Virus record (IMG/VR): IMGVR_UViG_3300032282_003280
Location: 1-64,000 of that record
Reading direction: 5' to 3' (one strand)
Source: a virus
Length of the DNA stretch: 64,000 nucleotides
Shown here piece by piece: positions 26,770-38,800 of this stretch (positions are counted from its first letter, which is position 1; each line of letters begins with the position of its first letter). Both the position numbers and the translations under genes were made by a program. The notes under the pieces were generated by a model. It ran no database searches. It saw only the letters and a program-made list of their open reading frames with translations, and had not been told where the DNA came from.

Positions 26770-27828
26770 TTAATAAACTGGATCTTTAACTTCTAATACA
26801 CAATCAGCATAAAACCTTGAGCATATTAGGTTTGAGGTTCTTTTTACCTCCATTAATTTATTATAGGGGCTACTATCTTTATATCTTCCTTTATAGAAGA
26901 TAAACTCTTTCTTACCTGATAAGTCCATAAGAGGGCCTGTAGCCCCTGCATTATGCATTATAGATACATTATCTAAGAATGATATAGGGTCTGTAGCCCA
27001 TGCAAAATCTAATTCTTTAGGTACTTCTGTCTTATGACCTGTGCCCCATAAGTTATAGAGTACAGCCCACATATCAGTACAGAAGGATTGATAACCTTTA
27101 GCTTCTTTCTCATTAGCATTCTTTCCTGGAAAGTAAGTTTGGTTTATAGAACCTAAGAAAGGTTTCATATCTATACAGGTATTATACACTTTCTCCCAGA
27201 AGGATGAATCTATGTTCTTTAGTATGTATTGAGCACCGCCTGTAGTATGATCATTCTCTTCAACAATTTCTCTTGTTATACCGGCAAGTTCTGCCATTTG
27301 ACCTATTACATCAAACTCAGGGAAACCTTCTTTATACTCATCTAATACTTGAGTCTCTTTTCTCTTCAGATAATCTAAGTTTAAGTAATTTCCACCCTTA
27401 TGTCTTGAGCCTGTGTGTGATAAATAACAAATATCATCATTCATATACTTCTCAAAATCAAGGGGTTTAGAGAATACTATATCAGCATCATGATAAAATA
27501 TTACATCGTTTGAAAGATCTGGAAACAAAGTAAAGTACTTAGCTAACATCCATGGTCTAAGTAAAGGGTTATAATCAATAATATCAATCATTGATGTGCA
27601 CTCTCCATCCACATCTCTAAAATAATAAAACTTTGTTTCCGGATACTTCTTTTGTAATTGTCTCCAGGAGTCAGGTACAGGCTGTGTTGATTGTTTCTCA
27701 GATACAAATACAAGAACTGTAGCTTTTTCTGAGTACCCCCACTTTCTAAAGTTTGTTAGTTGTACATCTGTTTGCCATATAAAATAGGGTTGCAGAGGAC
27801 AAGCCTGTATAAATTTTAGATTTTGCAT
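26770..27828 (-). CDS. GT-A fold glycosyltransferase, resembling protein O-glycosyltransferases GT95/GT96
   Basis: YNPLLRP, FYHDADIVF (DxD), GGAQY, FW, CTDMWA, IMH. Confidence 0.6.
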   Translation of the reverse strand: MQNLKFIQACPLQPYFIWQTDVQLTNFRKWGYSEKATVLVFVSEKQSTQPVPDSWRQLQKKYPETKFYYFRDVDGECTSMIDIIDYNPLLRPWMLAKYFTLFPDLSNDVIFYHDADIVFSKPLDFEKYMNDDICYLSHTGSRHKGGNYLNLDYLKRKETQVLDEYKEGFPEFDVIGQMAELAGITREIVEENDHTTGGAQYILKNIDSSFWEKVYNTCIDMKPFLGSINQTYFPGKNANEKEAKGYQSFCTDMWAVLYNLWGTGHKTEVPKELDFAWATDPISFLDNVSIMHNAGATGPLMDLSGKKEFIFYKGRYKDSSPYNKLMEVKRTSNLICSRFYADCVLEVKDPVY

Positions 27829-27859
27829 TATGTAGTTAGTTGGTTAGTTTTAAATATAT

Positions 27860-28927
27860 TTAGTAAGCATTTACTCTACACTCTATAATAGCATTTCCTC
27901 CAGGAGAAGGTTTAACAACACTATACGTAGAGGTATTAGTAGCAAGTGATGGTAAATCATATGCTCCTAATAAAGTAAAACTTAAACCATTATTATTAGA
28001 GTAATACAAGTATACACTTTCCGCATACATTGCTGTATTAGTAACTGTAATCTTTATCTTGTTGCCTTCAAAAAATTCTCCTGAATAGAGAGTTTGAGTA
28101 TTTGGAGGAACAAGTAATGATGTAGTAGGATTAAAGTAATTATTAATAATTGGTGAAGCCGGAGGAGGTACGTCTTCTACATTCCATGCAGTATTTGTAA
28201 TTCCTATAGTTTTACTTCCCTGAGATACTACTATATAATCCAATGTAATTGGAGCAACTGTAGTTGTTGTAGTAGTTGTTGAACTAGTAGTAGTGGTTGT
28301 CGTTGTACTAGTAGTTGTTGTGGTAGTAGATGTTGTAGTTGTTGTAGTAGATGGAGCATCTAATATATATACAGTAAAATCTCCACCTGGTGTACACTCA
28401 AATGTTGGAAGAGTAGTGGTTGTTGAAGTAGTACTACTTGTTGTAGTAGTGGTTGAGGTAGTACTGGTTGTAGATACATATGGAGGAGTAGGACCTATAT
28501 TACAAGTACTAAACTCAGTTACCCCATAATATATATCAGAATTCATCCCATATACAACCTCTACATCCATAGTACCCGGTTGTACATACTCACCATATAT
28601 ACATAAATTATCAGTAACCCCACAACAGATATCCCTCTCAACTGAGGTACCACTCTGTATATAACCAGAATCAACAACTATACCTGTATCAGCATCCCTT
28701 AGTTCCCAATAAATATTATCATAAGAACTATCATTTGATAGTGTAAATACAAATGGATTACATGTTGTAGTAGTTGTTGTAGAACTTGATGTAGTTGTAC
28801 TAGTGGTGCTACTTGTGGTAAAAGTAGTAGTTGTTGTAGTCCTATCCTGATTACATAGAGGAGAGGCTACAAACATAGCTGTATTACAACCACATGGTAT
28901 ACAATTACAATTATTACAACAACTCAT
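27860..28927 (-). CDS. Cys-rich, Thr/Ser-run (mucin-like) modular virion protein
   Basis: MSCCNNCNCIPCGC N-terminus; three T/S tracts of about 20-30 aa separating beta-rich domains. Confidence 0.7.
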   Translation of the reverse strand: MSCCNNCNCIPCGCNTAMFVASPLCNQDRTTTTTTFTTSSTTSTTTSSSTTTTTTCNPFVFTLSNDSSYDNIYWELRDADTGIVVDSGYIQSGTSVERDICCGVTDNLCIYGEYVQPGTMDVEVVYGMNSDIYYGVTEFSTCNIGPTPPYVSTTSTTSTTTTTSSTTSTTTTLPTFECTPGGDFTVYILDAPSTTTTTTSTTTTTTSTTTTTTTSSTTTTTTTVAPITLDYIVVSQGSKTIGITNTAWNVEDVPPPASPIINNYFNPTTSLLVPPNTQTLYSGEFFEGNKIKITVTNTAMYAESVYLYYSNNNGLSFTLLGAYDLPSLATNTSTYSVVKPSPGGNAIIECRVNAY

Positions 28928-28941
28928 TATTATCTTTTATT

Positions 28942-29325
28942 TTAACCTGTACAAGTTGAACAAGGTACATTACCTAAAACAGTTACTACATGACCTACAT
29001 CTTCAGGGCCTGTAGTTACATCTATTATTTGCCAGCAGATTGAGAATTGGTTATCTACTATATCTCCTGGAGAAAGTATATCCGGGCCATCATATCTTAT
29101 TGTATGATAAACTTCGTCTCCACAAGCAACTACCCTATAATATGTTATTATAGGGGCTGTGGTAGTTGTGGTTGTAGTTAGACTACAACTATCTGAAACT
29201 TCATACGGTATATCTACATATATCCAACCAAGTTTACCGGCTTTAGTCATATCTTGAGTGAACGTACTCCAATACTTGAAGCCGTTTACACAGAATACAT
29301 ATCCTCTTTTATGCCGTTTGGTCAT
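28942..29325 (-). CDS. Two-domain protein with a Thr-run linker
   Basis: TTTTTTTAP linker; C-terminal Cys-containing beta domain. Confidence 0.65.
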   Translation of the reverse strand: MTKRHKRGYVFCVNGFKYWSTFTQDMTKAGKLGWIYVDIPYEVSDSCSLTTTTTTTAPIITYYRVVACGDEVYHTIRYDGPDILSPGDIVDNQFSICWQIIDVTTGPEDVGHVVTVLGNVPCSTCTG

Positions 29326-31070
29326 CTTTCCTTAATCTTTTTTAACTCTTCAGCTAGGGTTTCTCTATCTTTTTGATAGTTTGCCCAACCTTTTATATAA
29401 GTTTCATCCATTACTCCTGAAGTAGAGAAATGGTTATGTATTATTTTTGCATCCTCACAGTGTAAAGCCTCATCTAAGATCTCACACTTTGCCCAAAGTA
29501 AGTTATCTACTCCACAGTGGGTAAATTTAGTAGAGAATATCTCACCTCCTATCTCAGGTATTAAAGATCTATGTATCATAAAGTGAGTACATATATTACC
29601 TTTATCTGGAAGAAGTAGCCCCTCATTAAAGGAAATTAACCTCTTTTTAGTCTTAGTTGCTAGCTCTAATGCCTTTTTTATACAATCAGGGTCAAAGGTC
29701 ATATCATTTGCAGCATAAACTATCCACTCACCGGTAGATTGTGATACCCCTTGTTTTATTTTCTCAGGGACTGTTTCATCACCTTCTATTACTAATATCT
29801 CTATCTCTCCTTGAGGATGATTAAGGCTCTTTATAGACTCAAAACATTTTTGAAGTCCTTCTGCTCTACCTAATGTAGGTATTAAGAATGATAACTTAGG
29901 GTCTCCAAAATAATACTTAAAGTCTCTTAGGTAAACAGGATTATTTGGTTGATACCTAATAGCCTCTATTATATGATTTTTAGCTTCTTCAATCTTTCCT
30001 ATCCAACCATAAGATTGATATAGAATTTCATGAGGTTCTGTGGTATAGTGCTCTTTGTGATTAGCGTAGAAATCTACCCACTCTAACTCCATTGAAGCCT
30101 TAGCATAACAGATAGCAGCCTTATAATTTTTATTATGTAGGTAAAACCTAGCAATTTTTAGTAGAGGTTCTCTCCTTGAGGAGTCTATATAGAACGCTTT
30201 ATTGTAGTACTCCAGTTGTTTTTCAGGATTACCTAAAGCCCCATAGCAATCACCTATAAAAATAGAGGATTGAGCTTTCTCAGCAACCCACTTGTTCATA
30301 GATATATGCCTCTCAAACTCCTTTATAGCTGACTTGTATTTACCTACCCAGAATAACTCTCTAGCAAAGTAGTGACTATTCCTATCAGAATTAGGGTGTA
30401 GAAAACAATCTACAGCTAAACCTTTTAAGTATGTATGTCTTCCTGTCTCATGGTTTTGCCAATGTTCTATAAGGAATTTATCAGGGGTGATATATAATCT
30501 ATCTCCAGTACCTGATATACACTCATGAACCATACCCTTCCAAGTAATTTTTGTTCTATTATAGAACTTACTCTGAACAAATTGTACGGCAGGATTACCC
30601 CATTGGTCATGTGAAAATATAAATTGATACTCTAAGTTTCCTAATTCAGGATTAGAGATTACCTCATTTATATAGTCAATATCCATATTTGTAAACACTT
30701 CATCCGCATCTATACAGCAAATCCAATCATTAGAAGCCATAAGAGCAACCTCATTTCTGGCATCTGAGAAGTGAAAAAACTTATCTCCTTCAGAGACTAT
30801 AGAGCCTTCATTATCTATAATGAAGTGATTATTTATCTCATCAGCAGTCTTTTTGTCAATAATATGACAATATTTCTCACCTGCTTCCTTGATAATACAA
30901 CCATAAGACCTGGCAATTTGTAATGTATCATCAGTACTTCCAGTATCTAAAATACAGACCTCACCACCCCTTTCCCTAAAGGAGGCCAGAGAATCTAACA
31001 TTCTTTTAATTACTTTGCCTTCATTCTTAACAATTAGGCAAACAGAAAAATTTGGTTTCATTGGGCGCAA
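29322..31070 (-). CDS. GT2 - TPR - GT2 glycosyltransferase
   Basis: SVCLIVKNE, LDTGSTDDT, FSDARN, IDADE, W.G.VHE, TPR helices, then a second GT2-like domain (LIPTLGR, AANDM, HCGVDN). Start may be the ATG at 31061. Confidence 0.88.
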   Translation of the reverse strand: MRPMKPNFSVCLIVKNEGKVIKRMLDSLASFRERGGEVCILDTGSTDDTLQIARSYGCIIKEAGEKYCHIIDKKTADEINNHFIIDNEGSIVSEGDKFFHFSDARNEVALMASNDWICCIDADEVFTNMDIDYINEVISNPELGNLEYQFIFSHDQWGNPAVQFVQSKFYNRTKITWKGMVHECISGTGDRLYITPDKFLIEHWQNHETGRHTYLKGLAVDCFLHPNSDRNSHYFARELFWVGKYKSAIKEFERHISMNKWVAEKAQSSIFIGDCYGALGNPEKQLEYYNKAFYIDSSRREPLLKIARFYLHNKNYKAAICYAKASMELEWVDFYANHKEHYTTEPHEILYQSYGWIGKIEEAKNHIIEAIRYQPNNPVYLRDFKYYFGDPKLSFLIPTLGRAEGLQKCFESIKSLNHPQGEIEILVIEGDETVPEKIKQGVSQSTGEWIVYAANDMTFDPDCIKKALELATKTKKRLISFNEGLLLPDKGNICTHFMIHRSLIPEIGGEIFSTKFTHCGVDNLLWAKCEILDEALHCEDAKIIHNHFSTSGVMDETYIKGWANYQKDRETLAEELKKIKER

Positions 31071-31082
31071 TATACAAAATAA

Positions 31083-31361
31083 TTACATCTTTTCCAAATT
31101 TAATTTGGATAATGACCAGTTTATAATCCAATCATTAGCACTTGGATCAGCATCCCAATCTTGGTAATCTTGACCATTAATTATTAAATTACCACTTACC
31201 GGATATGTTTTACCATCTCCTATTCTATAAAAGAGGTTTGCAGCATTATATAAATTATCTGACTGAAGTGTTAGGTCAAATATACTACATGATATAGTTT
31301 GACCCTCATACCATACAGATATAGGTTTTATATATATTACATTAGGAGGAATTGTATTCAT
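31083..31361 (-). CDS. Small fibre-associated (chaperone-like) protein
   Basis: GNLIINGQDYQDW...W...KLNL; directly downstream of the fibre gene. Confidence 0.5.
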   Translation of the reverse strand: MNTIPPNVIYIKPISVWYEGQTISCSIFDLTLQSDNLYNAANLFYRIGDGKTYPVSGNLIINGQDYQDWDADPSANDWIINWSLSKLNLEKM

Positions 31362-31373
31362 TATATATTATAT

Positions 31374-34395
<3,022 letters not shown>

Positions 34396-34396
<1 letters not shown>

Positions 34397-35145
34397 TATT
34401 CCCTAAAGGAGGTTTTTATATAATCTATTAACTTATAATAAGACTCTTTATCAGATGGGTTAGTTATACCTGATCCAAAGTCTCTTTCTTTCTTTTGGCT
34501 ATTTAGGAAGTTCTGAGGAGTATCCTCTCCCTTACCTGACATTTTATATACTGGTATTCCTCCCCAATCATAGCAGAATGTACTTTCTCCTTGAGGGTCT
34601 GAGAATATCTTGTTGTTCATTACTAGAGGTAATAACCACTTATCATGATATTTTACAGAGTTGGAGTGAAAACCATGTTCTTTTATATGGGAGAAATCTA
34701 TAAAGATAGAGGGTTCATAAACATTCTCATTTCTATATATCTTTCCTCCGGACATATAATAGGATTTTTTAGGTTTATATGCAAGCATACCTATTTGATA
34801 GGCTTTCTGCATACCTTCTACACCCTTGGATATATGATTTGGGAGGAATATATCATCAACATCAGACGATGTCCATACATCAATTCCCTCTAAATTAAGA
34901 AGAGAATCCCTATATTTATCTCCTACAGAAGCATAAGGTTTCCCTGTTACCTCATCTGTAACCCTATTGACAAGAATTATCTCTTTGTTTTCAGGTAGAT
35001 CAAATTCCGGAAAACTAGTCTCTACTCCTGAGTTAAATACTAAAAGTGTAGATTTTCCTTGATAATCCTGTTCTAGGTAACTTCTTAGTAGCCTTTGTAA
35101 GCAGGTATCTCTATTATAAGTTGTAGTACAACAAAGAACATGCAT
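34396..35145 (-). CDS. GT2-family glycosyltransferase
   Basis: CTTTYNR, QDYQG, SVGDK, DVDDIFLPNHI. Confidence 0.8.
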
Positions 35146-35414
35146 TACTTAGACTCATTTATGATTTGAATAAGTTGACCTTTTGTCAGGTTTGTTAATA
35201 CTTGAGTATTACTAATCAGAGCTTTAACAAATTCTAGATCAGCATTACTTAACTCAATAGGTTTAAACTTATAAAGATCAAGTGACCAAGTCAAACACTG
35301 TAGAGGATCTCCGGTATTTGCAGATACAAGTGCCGTAGCTAAAAGTTTACCTAAATTTTCCCCTACTGGATTTCCATCTAAGTCCAATAAGGGCTTATTA
35401 AAGTCAAATAACAT
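35145..35414 (-). CDS. Small conserved protein (fibre chaperone-like)
   Basis: FNKPLLDLDG...IELSNADLEFVK. Confidence 0.55.
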   Translation of the reverse strand: MLFDFNKPLLDLDGNPVGENLGKLLATALVSANTGDPLQCLTWSLDLYKFKPIELSNADLEFVKALISNTQVLTNLTKGQLIQIINESK

Positions 35415-35438
35415 AATAAATTGTTGGTTTTGTGTATA

Positions 35439-35792
35439 TTATGAATATATAAATACAGTATATGTCTGAGAAGTAGTAAACTCAGTACCACCTTGTAGTA
35501 CAAATCCACCTCCTGTAAGTAGTTGATATTGCCCTGCTCCAGTACCCTCAGTTAAATAACCGGTACCATTTAAGTATATCTTAACATTATAACCATCCAT
35601 TGCAGGATTGCTATATGTTGTGGTATTATTTGCAGGAGTACCCGGATTACCATCACCAATAGTAAATTGTGCTATAGGTTGGTAATTCTTAGTAGATGCT
35701 ATCCTAGCAAGATATCCATTAGATATCCTTATTAATTTTTCTATATCCCGAAGCCATTTAGTTTCTTCGGTAGTAATAAAGCCGTGAGCCAT
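35439..35792 (-). CDS. Small beta-rich virion protein
   Basis: N-terminal helix plus a G/T/Y-rich beta domain; has its own upstream -7 box. Confidence 0.55.
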   Translation of the reverse strand: MAHGFITTEETKWLRDIEKLIRISNGYLARIASTKNYQPIAQFTIGDGNPGTPANNTTTYSNPAMDGYNVKIYLNGTGYLTEGTGAGQYQLLTGGGFVLQGGTEFTTSQTYTVFIYS

Positions 35793-35813
35793 TTTATTAT
35801 GGGTTAAAGTTTA

Positions 35814-35860
35814 CAAATATATGTTTTTTTATGGATTTTACCTAATTTTAGGTAAATTTG
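35814..35860. promoter_or_regulatory. Back-to-back -7 boxes with a 9-bp inverted repeat
   Basis: TATATTTG on - at 35814-35821, TAAATTTG on + at 35853-35860, TTTACCTAA-TT-TTAGGTAAA at 35837-35856. Confidence 0.5.
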
Positions 35861-35877
35861 TGGGCCATGTTATAGCA

Positions 35878-38800
35878 TTAACGTGTTGAAGATTGTGGGT
35901 TGATTTGAATATCCATCTCTTTTGCTAGATCATCACTAAAAAACGCTATGTAGTTATTAGCTTCTTTAAATACTGGTAAGGCTCTAAATACATATTTTAG
36001 AGGGTGTGCCTTATCTTTTATCTCATCATCTCCTATGGCAGTACCGTAGCCTTCCTGTAGAATTTGAGAAGTTGCTTTACCTACATCCTTGAGAATACCT
36101 ATAGCAGGAAAAGCTGATGATCCAAATAAATTCTCAAAGGTAACCGGGTTATAGTAGAATGAAAGTTCATCCTGCATTCTATCCATAACTCTTAGATTAT
36201 AGTTAAAAAACGCCCTGGCACTTCTATCTTCTTTATCAGGTGGCTCCATAGAACCAACCAAACCAAATAGCACAAGAAGCCCAATCAACATCTTTAATTC
36301 AGTTACTTCATTTTTTATATTTTGTCTTAGTAAATCAAAAAACTCTTCTTTTGATGGGAATAATTTTTCTGCTTCCTCTAACTGTTTTGGTGTAAGATTT
36401 TCTGGATTTATACCCTTTTTAGTAAAGAATCTTTCCTTATACATCTCATACTGAATATCTAGAAGATTCAGACCTTTATCATTAGCTCTAATAATATCAT
36501 ACACATTACCTTTTCCTACAAGCATCTTAGTTATATTACCAATCCTATCAAAGATGCCATCACCAAGAATATTATAAAAGTCTCTTATTCTACCTTGCTC
36601 AAAAGACTCAGTAGCCTCATTATAAGAAAGACCTCCAAACCTAACTTCAAGATTTCTAGGTATCCAGTTTTTGAATACCATACCTGCACGATAGATGGCA
36701 TTCATTCGAGATACAGAAGAGTTTTCTTTACTTAAGTTACCGGTTAAAGTTTGACCTACATTCCTAATAAGAGTCTTATATTTCAAGAAAGAAGGATCAT
36801 TTAACTCTATACCATCTATCTTTAGATTACCATTCTTATCTATAGATGCTTTTGATATTAAAGAGTGTTTTTCTATTAACTCTTTTACTTTAGCATCAAA
36901 ACCTTTACGTATTGCGGTTCTTTCTGCTTCAGATATAGACTTGTTATATATTTTTCTGTACTCTGCTGAGTTTCTATAGTATTCTCTAGCATTTTGAATT
37001 TTACCATCTATTATGATTGTATTATCCATAAATGCTGCCCAATTTGAGTATGCTACCATATGGTCAGCCTTAGTCAGTAACTTTAGAAGGACATCTGATA
37101 TACTATTCTTTGATAATTTACCTTTTTGAGATAAACTATTTATATCTTCAAATAAATCAGCATCTAGTGGCATCATCTCCTTCATAAGGGCAGTATGAAG
37201 ATCATCATTTTTGTAGATAAAGTTTGTAGCATGTTTCCACTCAGCTTTTGCAAAATCTGACTTAGTCCACCATTTACCACCATTAATAAAACCTTGAGCA
37301 GTACCACCGATTAACTGAACTACAGGAGTACCTAAAGATAAACCTAGTTGTTTTAGTCGAAAGAATTGAGTACTACTATCTAGAAACTTAAATAAAGAAA
37401 GACCTTTATTATCTATTTCAGGAAATGTAATACCGGTAGTTCTTTTTAATTTGTCCCTAAATTTGTCATACTTTTCTTTTGATACCTTAGCTACAGCATC
37501 AGAGATTGTTCTATCAGCATTCTTCTCATTATATATAGAAGTTCTGATATGCATATTAAGCAATTCTAAGTTTTTGTTGTTAGCATTTGATAAGTGAACA
37601 GCTCCCCTAACAACTTCTCCATACTGGTTTGTCTGAAGTATATCTTTATGCTTCTCTACAAATTGAAGATTTCTAAGACTCTCCTGTACAGATTGTTTAT
37701 TCTTATACTCAACTACTTTTGCAACATACATAGCTATATTCTTAACTATATCTGTAGAAATATCACCCTCATTCTCTATAGGATTGGTAAAGTATTTAGG
37801 AAGAATATCTACACGTTCTCCTGTAAAGGGATTGTGTATATCTACTTTACTACCAGGATCAAGTGTGAGGGAGTCAAATAAAGATGATGTCATAGAATCT
37901 ACCATATTCTTAAAGGTAAAATCTTCAGATAAACCTTTATTTAAGAAAGGTAGAAAGTTACGAGTAAGGGATGCATGTAGATAACCTGTTTCTTCAGCTA
38001 TATCATTCCACTTTCTGATGTAGTTATAAAACTCTAATACATCAGGCTTTGATAAAAGGTCTTTATATTCCTTAGAATACCAATCAGTTTTAGGAAAATT
38101 CTTTACATTTTTATACTGTAACCATGCATATGGTATTAAATCACCTTTTTCATTATATAAAGTAGTCTCATCATATAAAAATTTTAAATCCCTATCTCTT
38201 AAAGTATTTTGATTTTGCTCATCTCCTGGATAGTACGTAGCTCTTATCTCAGCTTCTTTGTTTCTTCTCTTCTCATCCATTGCTTTCTCAAAAGCTGCTA
38301 CATCTATATTATCATATATCCAAGAAGCATCTTTTTCATCTATTTTCTCCTTTATTGTTTTATAGAATTCAGGGTCATATTGATCAATTAAACTATATGA
38401 ACCTTTCTTTTTGATATAAGTAAGTAAATCCTTACCATACTTTTTAAGAGTTTCATTCATTTTCTCTAATATATCCAACTCTCTTCTTTTCTCAAACCTT
38501 ATATCTTCTGTAGTTTCTTCAGTTATTTTATAAGCTAACCTTAGTGCTGCACTAGCTTGAGTTGAGAATTGACCAAAGCCCCTCTTTAAACCGGTAATCA
38601 CATTCTCAGGAATAAGAATACCTAATATACCTCTTTTCTTTGCCTCTTTATCAGCTAATTCTGTTCTTAACTCTTTGATATTACTAAGAATATATCTTGC
38701 TTCTGATGATGTAGATTGAATTTTATCATGCAGTTCCTTCTCATCAGGACTCATATCATCAGAGAATATACCTCTTAAACTAGAGTCCATCTCAGCATAT

